NCBI GenBank assembly: GCA_002104905.1
Contig: MCFE01000604.1
Location: 1 to 54,113, forward strand
DNA length: 54,113 bases
Reading direction: 5' to 3'
From: Basidiobolus meristosporus CBS 931.73
Taxonomy: Eukaryota > Fungi > Basidiobolomycota
The notes under the pieces are model-generated. The model made no database searches and was not told the DNA's origin. It was given only the letters and a program-made list of their open reading frames with translations. Position numbers and translations under genes: made by a program. Shown piece after piece: positions 27,063 through 40,492 of the stretch (position 1 is its first letter; each line of letters opens with the position of its first letter).

Positions 27063-30000
27063 GATTTCTTGAATTCCATGAAATTGCTCCTTTATAGTAA
27101 AGAAAAGTGTATCTTGTGGTGGATCTTCTGTCTTCCAAATTTGTCCCTAATTAGCATCAGAGTATCCCACAAAATTCTGTTCTGAGTCCTTTAAGGTGTA
27201 ACTTAAGCAGATATCAGCAGTTCCTTTTAGGTGTCTAAAAATCCACTTAACTGCTGCAATATGATCAGACCATAGTTCTGAATATGCTGGCTGACAGCTT
27301 CCACTGAATATGAGATATCAGGATATGTTCCAAGCATGATGTACATCCAACAGCAGGCCATAGATTGATGAGGAATGTCAGGGCTTTCAAATGGCAACAG
27401 GCTCTCTGAATTTGGTTGAGTTATGACAAAGCTTAGGCTTGTCTCCATTGAGGTAGCTGCTGGTTTACAGTCTTCCATTTGGCACTTCTTTAGTATATCT
27501 TGAATATACTTGGATGGGCTTAAGGTAGTATTCTGCATACTTATGTCTATGGAGAACTTAATCCCTAAGGAGTAACTGAGTTTTCCTAGATTGGATATCT
27601 AGAACTCTTTAGATAGGCTGGATTTAGTCTCCTCCAATGTTGCTAGGTTATTGGCAGCTTTAATAAGATCATCCACATATAGAGCTAATAGAACTGGATT
27701 TGCTCTATCTGACTTATAGTATATACTATAGTTAGCATTACTCCTTTTGAAACTCAGAGATTGCAAATAAGAATCTATCTTGCAATTCCAGGCTCTTGGT
27801 GATTTTTTGATACTATAGAGTTGTTTTTAAGCTTGCAGACTAAATGAGGGTTATCTTGGCCAACAAACCCATTGGGCTGGTTCATATACACTTCCTCATC
27901 AGGTTCTCCATTCAAAAATGCAGTTTTACATCCTATTGATGTACTAAAAACTTATATTTGGCTGCAATAGCCAATATTAATCTGATGGAATTAAACTTGG
28001 CTAACAGTGCAAAGGTCTCAGTATAATCAAGTCCATTTGTTTGAGAGTATCCATTGGCCACAAGTCTTGCATTTTATCTTTCAATTGAACCATCAGACTT
28101 GTATCTTGTCTCAAAGACCAATTTGCATCCAATTGATTTTTTGCTGAATGGTAACTTGACCAGGTTCCAAGTTTGATTTTCCATTGAGGCCTGATATTCC
28201 TCAGCCATTGCAGATCTCCAAAACTTTGCCTGATGGCTATTTAGGGCCTCTTTTGCAGTCTGGGGCTCATCAATATGGACTGAATAGGCATAGGCTAAGT
28301 TTGTACACTCACTGATATAGTAATTTGGGCTATTTCTTGTTCAATTGGATCTCCAGGCATTTGATACTGGAATGCTCACTTCTGGGATATTCCTGGGCAC
28401 TGACTCTGGCTGACCACAGCTGTAGAGTCCTCTAGAGGGAAAAACCTTTCATTGTTTTGCTCCAATTCAATCCTGACTATTGGTTGACATGAGATCAAAT
28501 ATTTGTCATCATCCAATGTCATTTTTTGTGAAAATTTTGAATTTTGATAAAACAACACATCCCTGGACTTGATTGGCTTCTTTGCTTTGGTATTGCAGAG
28601 TTTGTATGCCTTACTCTGATTGCAGTAGCCCAAAAGTATGCATTTTACATTTTTTGGCTAAAATTTTGACTGATTTGCAGGCAGTTTCTTGGCATGTGCT
28701 GTACACCAAAATGTCCAATGTTCTGCTCTTGTCCTGTATCCATACTATGCTGCAAATGGAGTAGAATCACAAATTATTCTGCTATAACTCCATGTTCAAG
28801 GTATACAGCAGTGGCAACGGATTCTACCCAAAAGTCATAGGATAATTCTTGAACATGGATCATGATCTAGCCATTTACTGATTTTGGCTTCCAGATATGA
28901 TGGAATATAAGTCATCATCTATAGATTTTGATCTCTGATACCAAACGCAATGTGGGCACCATTTTAATCAGTGACCCTGCATCCCGAATTGTCAAAGCTG
29001 AAGCTGAGTCCTTATGCTGTGGCCTTGCTTACAGATAGTAGGTTCTTGGCTATTTCTGGTACTTAGAGTTCTTCTTTAAAAGTTAGTGTACGGCTTCCTT
29101 TGCTGCTTCTGAGGTTTACTTGTAAAGTTCCTTCTCCCTCTGTGTCAAGTGTTCTATTGTCATCCATGAAAACCTTCTTGATTGGAATTTCTTGATATTG
29201 GGTAAAAAGTTCTTTTTGGTGTGCAAAGTGTAGAGATGCTCCATAATCAATATAGCACATCTGAGAATCCTTGTTTGTGGTCATATCTAGTGCAGATATG
29301 AATAGATTATGTTCAGTTGTTGCAGTATTTCCATATTCAGGCTTCTTTTGCTGATTATCTCTCTTTTTGATACACCAGTCTGATGTGTGTCCTTTCCTTT
29401 TACAGTAGTTGCAAAACCGGTTGCTGTTGCCTTTGTGGGGTCTTGGGTACCTTCTTTGTTGGTTATTACTGCTTATTAAAGCATTTTCATCTTCCTTCCT
29501 ATTGGCACTAGATTTTCTTAATTCTTCATCAAGGAGCCTTCCATACACATAATTTAAGGTCAATTCTTCAGTTCTGGACTCTAGGGCTACTACAAGGCCT
29601 TGCAGCTTGTCTGTCAGCCTATTCAGAATGGTGACTATCACGTCCTCATCAGTAGCTGGTATGCCCACAAATTCTATTTCATCCACCAGCAGGTAATTCT
29701 GCTAATTAGATTTTTCATTTCTTCTCCTGGCAGCATCTTTGTAGTAAGAATTTTTGTCTAAGGTACATCTTCTTAGCAGCTGAACATGACTGGTAGGTTT
29801 CAACTAATGCCTTCCTGGTGTTCTTTGCCATTTTTGCTCATGAGCATTGAATTAGCAATTTGTCTTTAACATTAAGGCAAGTGCAGATAAAGACACTTTG
29901 TTCTCTCCTCTGATACCTTAAGGCTTCCTCTTCCACATTTTTAGGAGGGCATTCTTCTCCCATGACAGTATCCAAAAGGACTCTTTCTTGTAGCAGCATC

Positions 30001-33000
30001 TTCATCTTCACCATCCACACTAGGTAGTTGGATCCATCCAACTTTTCAGCAGAGGGAAAAGTTCCAGTAACAGCAGTGGTAGACATTGTGGAGAGTGACA
30101 GCTTGGGGCTAATAACCTGTTGTAAGAGTCTTGGACATATTGGAAGTGATTTGGGAGAACAAATATATTATGTAGTTTCACTTGGTTATTTATTGAATGT
30201 AAAAGTAGTATTTATACTTTTACATGATCTTGGCATAACAAACATGTAGAATAGGTTAAGAAGGGTCCCAAGAACATGTGTGCAAAGTTTGGGGCTGTTT
30301 GAACAGCATTGAGAATTGTCATGTTCTGGGTACCTGGTATTTTAATGAAAATACTCTAAGTAAATCCCAACAAGGAATTTGGTCAGTATTCTCTAAACTT
30401 TGAAGGTAATGCTCTAAGTGACTAAGTTAGGTAAATATTTAGGTGGAATTTCAAATTATTCACAACACTATCACCTCAACTTTACAGCTTTTTAGTGTGA
30501 TACTTGCAAAGTTGCCATATACCTTGTACTGCTAGTAACATTTACATCTTGCAAATATAAGCTTGGTTGTTGCTACTTCCACCATCAATACATCCTGTAT
30601 ATCTGCATCAAACTCCTTAATATTTAACCGTGTATTCCTTCTCCATGCAGAAATCTAGTCCCCCTTATACATGTGCTCTGGCTCTTGTTTGTATGAATCC
30701 TTGATTGAGTGGTGTAGAAGTTGGCCTGTGGCCATGAGACATCTGGCATACCTGAGTTGAGTTTTCCTAATAAAAACTAGTTGCTTGTTGAACACAATCT
30801 AGTTTTGCATTACTTAACTGATTACCCACGCATTGGGCTGCTTAGCTTCTTAATGCAACGGGCTTAGGAGTCTCCATATGCACATCTGTCCTCAGTATTC
30901 TACAACTCTTTCTGGCTGTTCTCCATGTGAGCACTCATCATATCCTTGACAGACTTGAAGGTAATATCTTGATGAGATTGGGATAGGGTAGTACCTGTGA
31001 ATTGACTTGTCTTCCTATCTCCCCACACATTCACTCCATAAGAGACTCCCAAAAGGTGAAGCAAGGCCCAATATTTGCAATAAACCAAGCAAGATGGAGT
31101 AGAGAATGGATGTAGTAGTGGCAGAGATCAACACATTCAGCTTTATGTTTGTAGTGTAGCTGCTCAAATCCCATCACAAGCTTCAGACTGATGAAAAATA
31201 AGTGCATTGCTCCCAGTGTAAAGCTTTTGCTCCAACAGATACCCTCTATCCTAAGTATCTCTGGTTTCTAATTGATTCCATATTCTGGCCAATGGCATAT
31301 AGCTTGCCAACTTTGCTGCAATTGCATGCTGACTTCTATACATTCTCTCTGTGGGAAGATGATGTTCCTAGTGTTGATGTTTAGGTAATAATAATGTGTG
31401 TGAGTTATGCAGTAAGTCCCCTGGATCTCACACATTTGATAGCAATACCATCCATTGAGCGCAGAAAAACTGCTATCTTGCTGATGGCATGGGTATCTCC
31501 AATGTAGATAGCAATATGTAACTTTACATGACAGCCACTTACTGCTACCCTGCTGGAAAGCATACAAAATTCATCCAGCAATGGATACAGGTAAATATCC
31601 AGGTTGGACGGTGATTTAGGCACAGATACCAGTGAGACTACCAACAGATTTTTGCTCTGATACTGTAAGATGGGTGGCAGATTCAGATTGATGAGAATTA
31701 TAGGCCAGCAGGATTTGCTGGTAAAGCACTTGGTTTATGAGAATCCATTAAATGCAAAAGCAAAGTTATGGTCTTTGATACCTTCAAAGTAGCCCTTGCT
31801 TCTTTGCTGTTTGTGATGTTTGCCATCAGATATATTGGATATTTTTGTGCATGACTGATACTGAGTGCAGTACTCTGTAGCTTTGCAATATTTGTTGGAC
31901 TGCATGAGCTTCCTTAGACACAATCTTACCAGAATATATCCGGAGTGTGAAAAATGTTATCCCTCAACAGTGCTGGATGCCTGACAATTTGGTCACATTG
32001 CAATGGTAGTATTTTTGGATGTGAATGTCATGTAACTGTTAACACATACTGGAATCAAAACAGTGTCTGGGTCATATGATGCCAGCTGCATGATGGCTGT
32101 CCACTTGTACCATGTAAATGGTAAGTTGCATCCTGGAATGATTTTGGCAAGAAGTAGCAATGAATCCTTAAAGCCCCCATTGCTGATATTTGTGGAAACA
32201 TGCCACTTCTCTAGTCACAACATTATATCATTCATCAGCAGATGGATTGCTGTGCTCACTTGGCTCCATCAAGTATCCTGGGGATTTATTTCAACAGGTA
32301 TTGTCTCATTACACATTGGGATTTGACCAGGCTCATGTGTGGTACTGTTGTCAGGGGAGATAGGGTCACAATCAATCAGTGAACCTTCTTTATCAGAGCT
32401 ATCACTCTGCAAGCCATATTCCAAAGGCTGAGGTGTGCCTAAAGGTGTTGCAAACTCATCTGACTTGGTTTGCGCAAGGTGACAATGACAGCCAGGTGCC
32501 TATATAGAAGTATCAACTGGCTGGCACAATAATGTTGGTACAGTAGTGACTGATGTATAGTCAAATATGAGTTGTGTGGCAAAACACTAGCTATGAGCCT
32601 TGTAATACTTTCTATACTGTCTGCATGCTTTATGGCTGAGAGGCTTGCTACAATAGCCACATGGTCCTTTTTCTCTTCCCTTACAGACAATGTGGTTTTC
32701 ATACCAATGCCTAAAAATCAAAAGACATTGAAGATCTGTGAGGACATTGAGTGCAATAATAAAGAGTGGGCCAATATTCAAGAGGCTGTCAGAAGTCTAG
32801 CTCACCATCACCTTTAAGCTGGCATACCATGGGCCATCAGGAACTCAAAGCCAAGTAGAATGCTCTTGACTTGTTCCATGAGCATCATCCTGGATGCAAA
32901 CAGGCAAACAGATATTGGGCTAGCATTGGTATGCTAAGAAAGTGTCTTGAGAGTAGCAGAAACTATTAAAGGCAGAAGAACAAGGGTGCCATGGCTAATA

Positions 33001-34160
33001 ACCAGTGGCTTCCCCAAGAGCCCATCCCAAGCAGAGCCAGAAGCCCCCAACAAGCATCAAGGAGATGTCAGGTAGCTGGAAGAGTGCCAATAGGGGACAA
33101 GCAGGCAGTCATGGATGCACCAGCACAACATTTATCAAGGAAAAAGTGTTGTACCACTCAAGAAGCACTCAGTCAAAGTAGCAATGAAGGACTTGGAAGT
33201 GATAAACACCAGCGGCTTCTACAGGAGCCTGTTGCAACTACAGTTGAGTCCTCAAAACAAGTGGAAAAGAAATATCAGGTTGCCAGAAGAGTGGTGGCAA
33301 GGAACAAGCGGGCCAAAACAGATGCATCAGAGCAGAACCTATCAAGGAGAAAATGTAGCTCATTACAAGAAGCACTCAGACAAAGTAGTAGTGAACAACT
33401 GGCATAAATCAAGGAAAAGGTAAAGGAAAAAATTTCCACCCAAGCCTGAGACCAGTAGGCATGCAAAAAAACTGCAGTTCTTGCTAATCAATGCTGCAAG
33501 CCTGGAACAGAATGAATACCATCATAGCCAAGAAGAATCAGCAACAAGAAAACAGCTGTTCTCACAAGAGTTGGAAGCGCAGCCAGTTGAGTTACACTCC
33601 AGCTAGGTGGATGAGTATGCAGAAAATGGCAATTTGTCTACCACAGCCTCTGCATCCTCCACTGCTGACAGAGTGGAGATCCCACTGACAGACATTCTAC
33701 AATGTCAAGAACTCAAAAGACTATTGCAATGCCTTCAGTGAAATTTTGGAACATTAATAGGCATACCAGGAGGTAGCAGCACTTCTTCAAAAGCAGTGTG
33801 CTAAAAAACCCTTTGAATATTGCAAGTATTTATTGCAAAGACTGGCAGATGAGGTGCTAGACCTTGCAGTGCTGGCTGAAGACCAGGATGTGTAGGAACT
33901 AGTGAATCAACATTGGCATAAAACCGTTGGGTTCCCACCAAAGTTGTGGAACCAGAGCATTACAGCAGAGGTACTTATTGAGTAGAGGATTTTGATGGAG
34001 TTACTTGTTGAGTGTGGGTTGGGCTTAATGTTAGTGAAGGGTATATGGACTTGTATAGGTCAATACAATGGTGTCCTGATAGGATCACAATCTCTTAGTC
34101 ACCGGACTTTAAATTTGTGATGGCCTTTTGACAGGATCATTACAATAACATTCTGTAGGG

Positions 34161-35100
34161 TTCCACATGCAATTTGCACAGTATGGGCTAGACATGTCCA
34201 TTTGTGCCTCAACTTTGGAAACCCAAGAGAAATTGAATGAGTTTTTGCCTCAGATAAGTAATGTAATAAGTGATATACTAGTAGAACTACATGGTTTCCA
34301 AGAGCAATACACACAGGACTCATCAAGACAACAGTGCCAAAGTATTAGACAGAGGGTGAGTGGGTACCTTGAGTAATCAGAAGGTGACTTCAACAGGAAG
34401 AATACATACCAGAAGCAACTGTGTCAAGAGTGCACCATCATGCCTTGCTGGATTCCTTACCATCCCCTGCAGCATTGGCATGTTGATGCTTGTCAGTCCA
34501 ATCTACACTAACACCCCGCACAAGAGTGCTCCACATTGAGTCAACATGCATCAGATCAACATTCATTCTTCAGGGCAAAACTAACAGAACTCACTAAACT
34601 GCTCATTTAGGCACAAGACCATTGGAGAGGGCCAAGATGAGTCAACCTGTAACATCACATTGAGCTCAGCCATGGGCTGTGCCAACACATCAAGTTGTGC
34701 CTGAGCATGCTGGCACATCTGAACGTCAGCAAGTTACTTCTGGTGAACTGACTGACAATGACCCACATGAAGTGCCTCCACCACCAGAGTCTTTGGCAAG
34801 TAAAAGAATGCATCAGCATGTGGCACCTCAGGCTGGCTCTGCTATATTGTCTGGGGCAATTTAGTGCAGCTAAGCTCCAGTATTGTGCTCATTAACTAGG
34901 AGGCAAAATACTGACTACAAGTACACAAGTAGCCAAGATGATTGTGCACAAGGAGGTAGTTCAGGTGTGCAATGTGAATCACTACTAAATTTTTCAGTAG
35001 TAATGCCTGTAAGAAAAAATCTAGGAGAAGATGATACAACCACAGTGAATTGTTGACATTTGTCACAATCCAAATCATGCATTTTTTTTGCAATCTAAAT
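34161..35100 (+). pseudogene. Probable continuation of the KDZ transposase relic
   Basis: Reads on in-frame across the CACTA-like insertion (…FDEEAMCK*L/FHMQFAQYGL…); DSSRQQCQSIRQRVSGYLE*SEGDFN resembles the Zisupton-type C-terminal helix. The right boundary is uncertain. Confidence 0.35.
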
Positions 35101-35779
35101 TGAGCCATTGCAAATCTGTGGTCATTAAGTTTTTGTCATAAGTAATATCAAGGTTGTCTTGCATTTGAGACCGTGCCCCTTTATAAACACCCCGCATATT
35201 TACACATCATCTGTAACACCAGTGCAGCTATTTAATCTGATTTACATCAACACAACTAGTTGCATGCTTGCTATGACACCAAGTCCAATTACTGAGATCA
35301 GGAACTTACTTGCTCAATGGGCAAAATGGAATATTTGATGATGAATCAGGTAGCTTGTGTGTTAGCCAATGAGCCAATTGGGGGCCAAGAGCTTCAGGAT
35401 ACTTTTAGACCAATCAACCATTGTCATACTATCTAATTGGAGTGATGGCAACCATAATGGTAAGTATCTGTGTAGTTTATAGTGTGATACACATTTATTT
35501 CCATTTACATTAAAGAAACATATCCAAGTACTGGACTTTACCTACCACAATAACAGTATGTGATTACCCATGTGATCCAAACATCACAAGTTGGGGTAAT
35601 TGTCTGTGCTAACCACATTGTGTCAGATTATGCCATAGTGTGCAAGATTGTCCCACATAGTGCAAAATTGACCAAGAGCAATCCTGCCTACTGGTTGCTA
35701 CACTACCATGCCTGATTTTTCTTTGCAACCACAGATTGCACCACATGCCCTGGAGCAGTACAATGGAACAAGTCTCTTG

Positions 35780-38700
35780 AGTGTGAGCAATGTTTTCCTC
35801 CTGAGGAGGTGGATTCCTGACAAGTTGAACACCTTGCAATGATCACATTTTCTGATTTGAATGTCATGCAGGTCTTAATACATGCTGGCATTAGAACAGT
35901 CTCTGGGTCATACTCTATGAAGAATAATCTGGTCCTGCAATAGATTCAATCTAGATCAGCCATCAAGATCCCATCAGGAGACTGTTTCAATACCTGCAGC
36001 TTGGAATTAATGATCATCTACACAATCTTATGATGGAACCACAATGGTGTTTGGCTAATTTCACCACCAAATAAAGTTGAAAAGCATAACAGGTTTTGAG
36101 TGGTTTTTTGTCAAGCATTGTTGCAGTGTTGGTGTGCTCTACAACTGTACAAGTGGATCTAACCAGCCAGTACATTCAATTGCCTTATATGGCAAAAAAC
36201 TTGACAGTGTTTTGACAGCCTCATTGCAAGCCTCTGATGGCATTATTATGGTAGTATGGTGGCCTAAAGCTAGCTCTGTAAAATGCTACAGCACCAATTT
36301 ACTAAATGATATTTCCTTTTTCTACCTCACCTTGCACAGTTCATATATTCCACTCTAAAATCATCCCTCTTTATTTGCTTACCCATTACTACTTTGGGTG
36401 TTCCACATATAGTTCAAATCAAAAAACACTATGGCCACCTGCTTACCAACCTCTACAAGCATGCGCACCTGCTGCAATTGACATACTTCTATCACCTCAA
36501 CTATACAGCTTTTTGGTGTGATACTTGCAAAGTTGCCATATACCTTGTATCACTGGTAACATATATATCTTGCAAAAATATGCTTGGCTACCACCACTTT
36601 GGCCATGAATACCTTCAGGAATATTTGCAAAGAACTTTTTAGTATTTAGTCAGTATATTCCTTGTCCCTCCTGGATTCTAGCACCCCTTATAGTTGTGCT
36701 CTGGCTCTTGTTTGTGCCAATTCTGTATTGATTAGTATAGAAATTAGCTTGTGGTCAAGCAAAATCCAGCATTCCCTGGTAGAGTTCTTGTAGTTAAAAA
36801 TTAAGTGCTTATTGCACCAAACCCAACTTTGCATTACTTAATAGATTACCCATGCATTGGGGCTGCTTGGCTTATTAATGCTATAGACATAGTTGTCTCC
36901 ATGTGTACATCTTTGTCAGTATTTTCCAACTCTTCTTGGCTGACCTCCATGTGCCAACTCATCCCTTCCATGACAGACTTGAGGTAGCATTCTTAATGAG
37001 ATTGGGATATGGTAGTACCAGCAACTTGACTAGTCTTCCTATCTTTCTACACATCTGCTCCATAGGAAACTCCCAAAAGGTGAGGCAAGGTCCCATATTT
37101 GCAATAAACAAAGCCAGATGGAGTAGAGAATGGATACAGTAATGACAGAGATCTACACATTTGGCTTTATGTTTGTAGTACAGCTGCTCAAATTCCATCA
37201 CAAGCTTCTTGCTCAAAAGCTCTAGGGGCATCAAATCAGCATTGGTGATTTACATCTGAATATATAGTCCTTCAATGTCCACTTATTACTCCCAATGCTT
37301 CAATGTACTCCTGGTAAAAATGACTTCAGAAGGCCACCTGAATAAGCACATATCTAGTTCATCCAGTGCTTGCATTTGTATTGTTGCATATACATATCAA
37401 TATTGATTGGTGCTTGTGATCAGTACCTGGGTAGCAGATACTCTGTAATATCTTGCCAATTCTTCAAATTTCTCCAGTATCACAAAGGGCTCATTTAGCT
37501 TGAATTACCTCATACCACTTGGTCACCAGGATGGGGATATTGTTGAGCCACAAATTCATTGCTCCCAGGGAAAAGGTTCTGCTCCAACAGATACCCTCTT
37601 TCATAAGTGTCTCTGGTTTCTGATTAATTCCATATGTGGCTAATGGCTTATAGCTTGCCAACTTTGCTGCAATTACAGGTTGACTTCTTTACATTCTCTT
37701 TGTGCAAAGATGATGTTCTTAGTGTTGGTGTTTGGGTAATAAATATGTGTGTGAGTATGGAGTAAGTCCCCTGGATCTCACACATTCAACAGCAATACCA
37801 TTTATGGTGCCCAAAAAGCCATCTATTTTGCTAATGGGTGGGGTATTGTTAGTGCAGATAACAATATACACTTTGAAATGATGGCCGTTTACTGTTATCC
37901 TGCTGGAAAGTATGCAGAATTCATCCAGCAATGGATACAGGTAGCTATCCAGGTTGGACAGTGATTAAGCCCCATATACCAGTGGGACTACCATCAGATT
38001 TCTGCATTAATATTGTAAGATAGGTGGCAGATTCAAGTTGTTGAGAAATCAGTGGCCATCAGGATTTGCTGGCAGTGTACTGGTTTAATGAGAATCCATC
38101 AAGTGTCAAGGAAAAGACATGGTCATACATACCTTTAAGTAGCCCTTGCTTCTTATCTGTTTATTATGTTTGCCATTGAATATATTGGATATGTTTGCTC
38201 TTGAATGCTACTGTACTTATAGCTTCACAATATTTTTTGGACTTCATGAGCTTCATTAGTCAGGGTATTACTAGAATATATCCAGAGTGCAAACAATGTT
38301 TTCCCCCAATGGTTGTGGATTCCTGACAAGGTGAACACCTTGCAATGGTAGCATTATCTGATGTGAATGCCATGCAGCTGTTAACACATGCTGGTATCAG
38401 GACAGTCTCTGGGTCATATGTTGCCTGCTGCATGATGGTTGTCCACTTGTACCATGTGCATGGCAAGTTGCATCCCTGGATGGTTCTGGTAAGAAGTAGT
38501 AGTAAATCCACAAAGCCCCCATTACTGATATTAGTGTAGAAGTGCCATTTCTTTAGCCACAACATCACATCATTCACCACTAGATGGAATACTGGGCTCA
38601 CTTGACTTCACATAGTATTCTTGGCATTCTTTTGCCATGGGTGGTGCTGCATTACATGATGCAATTTAGCCAGGCTCATGCAGGGTACTGTAATTAGAAA

Positions 38701-39137
38701 AGATAGGCTCACAATCCATCAGTGAGCTAGCTTCTTCAGAGCTATTACTCTGCATGCCATATTCAGAAGGCTGGGGTGAGACCAAAAGCATCACAAATTC
38801 TCCTGACTCAGTTTATGTAAGGTGACAAGTACAGCCAGGTGCTGTTATAGAAGTATCAAGTGGCCAGCAAGATATTGCAGGTACAGTAGTAACAGCTGAA
38901 TGGTAAAATATGACTTGTGTGGCAAAATACTGGCCTTGATCCTTGTAATACCTCCTAAGCTGTATGTGTGCTTCATGGCTGAAAGGCTTGTTACAATAAC
39001 CACATGGTCTTTTTTCTCTTCTCTTATGGTGTTGAATCAAAATAGTCTTGTCCATGGGGCAAACAGTTTGGCACTTAACAATGTAAAGCTGTTTTATCAT
39101 TTTTTTGTCAATACTAATGTGAATTTAAGACAGTCTG
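35780..39137 (-). mobile_element. CACTA-like copy with the most complete Tnp2 transposase relic (35926-39137), abutting a fragment of another copy (35780-35925)
   Basis: FEQLYYKHKAKCVDLCHYCIHSLLHLALFIANMGPCLTFWEFPMEQMC (ORF 36959-37234), LDEFCILSS (37719-37931), LTLDGFSLNQY near 38100, RPCGYCNKPFSH (38813-39100); terminal block at 35926. Confidence 0.82.
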
Positions 39138-39583
39138 TTATTTGAGACTTTGAACATTGCTGTTGCCTTTGTTTGGTCTTGGGTACCTCCTTTCTTGGTT
39201 ATCATTGCTTATTAAAGCACTCTCTTCTTTCTTCTTATTGGCACTTGATTTTCTTAATTCTTTGTCCAGCAGCCTTCCATATACGTACTCTAAGGTCCAA
39301 TTTTCAGTTCTGGACTCTAGGGCTGATACATGACCCTGAAACTTGTCTTTCAGGCTAATCAGGATGATTACTATCATATCTTCATCAGTAGTTGGTACGC
39401 CCACAGATTCTATTCATCTACCAGCAGGGTAATTCTATTAATTAGATTTTTCATTTCTTCTCCTGGCAGCATCTTTGCAGTAAAGAATTTTTGTCTAAGA
39501 TACGTTTTGTTAGCAGCTCAACATGACTGATAGGTGTCTTCTAATGCCTTCCACGCATTCCTTGCCATCATTGCTCTTGAGCA

Positions 39584-40111
39584 TGTCATGATCACATGAC
39601 AACCATGAACACCCATGACAAGTTTCAGCTTCCTAGCTCAATTTCTAAGAGATTCCTTCTGGAACCTTCTACCACCTTCCAGAAAGTTCCTGGCCATTCC
39701 AAACCCTTGTTACACAATGGAACATTCCATGGAAGCTTCCCACTGTATTTTTCATATTCCAATACCATATATGGAGATACCATGTCACATGACTTAGTCA
39801 CATGATCAGGTGACTCAATCCATTTCCCCATCCTGTCTCAGTGCCTTGCCTTCTATATTATTATCCCCAGCACATTGCTGTGCCTCACCCCACAACTCCA
39901 TTAGTATTAGCCAATATCTCTTGGCATTGGAATAACCAAAAAGTATATATAGTCCTAACCCCCCTTAAGTATTCCTCAGTCTGATAAACACAGGTCTTGA
40001 ATAAGCAGCCTTGCCTTGGAAATCCACCTTGCCTTGGCAATCCACACCTAAGTCCTTTCCTGGTCCTGCCTTGCCCAACTCTACTCTCCTGCCTTGTGTC
40101 TATTCATAACA
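39584..40111. repeat. Solo LTR of a third family (C), 528 bp, TSD GAGCA
   Basis: TGTCATGA...TCATAACA ends; GAGCA at 39579-39583 and 40112-40116; interrupts copia gag; unrelated to the A, B and gypsy LTRs in this window. Confidence 0.85.
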
Positions 40112-40492
40112 GAGCATGGGATTAGCAATTTGTCTTTAACATTAAGGCAAATAGAGTTAAAGGCACTTTGTTCTTTGTTCTGGTACTTTAAGGCTTCCTC
40201 TCCCACGCTTTTAGGAGGGCATTCTTCTCCCATGACAATATCCCAAAGGCCTCTTTCTTGTGGCAGCATCTTCATCTTCACCTTCCACACTTGGTAGTTA
40301 GATCCATCCAACTTTTCAGCAGAGGGGAAAGTTCCAGTAATAACAGTAGTAGACATTGCAGAGAGTAGCAGCTTGGAGCTCATATCCTGTTGTAATAGTC
40401 TTGGAGATATTGGAAGTGATTTAGGAGAACAATTAGATTTTGTAGTTTTCACTTATATGATCTATTGAATGTAAAAGTAGTATTTATACTTT

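Larger units (their letters stand above)
22708..30467 (-). mobile_element. Copia A copy A2 (degenerate, two LTRs, interrupted by an inner CACTA-like copy)
   Basis: 3' LTR ~22708-23058 + PPT 23059-23073; RH/RT/IN 27063-28870; PR/gag 28880-30090; 5' LTR 30118-30467; flanks ATATC (22700-22704) and CTATC (30468-30472) rejoin contiguous CACTA sequence seen at 36478-36500. Confidence 0.8.
22372..34160 (-). mobile_element. CACTA-like element (outer copy): CCCTA...TAGGG termini, Tnp2 on minus, ORF2 on plus, interrupted by copia A2
   Basis: CCCTATCAAAAG at 22372 and CATTCTGTAGGG ending 34160; Tnp2 fragments 30470-31930 (VPKSPSNLDIYLYPLLDEF...IGDTHAISKI); N-terminal CGYCSKPLSHKACRQYRKY at 32587-32690; ORF2 32690-33940. 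Confidence 0.7.

Noticed and set aside
34383-34394. GDFN, an APE-endonuclease-like motif
   Set aside because: Four residues only, with no other endonuclease motifs.
35100-35780. Possible further element (LWLQRKIRHG resembles a LINE C-terminal motif)
   Set aside because: Too degenerate to assign; left unannotated.
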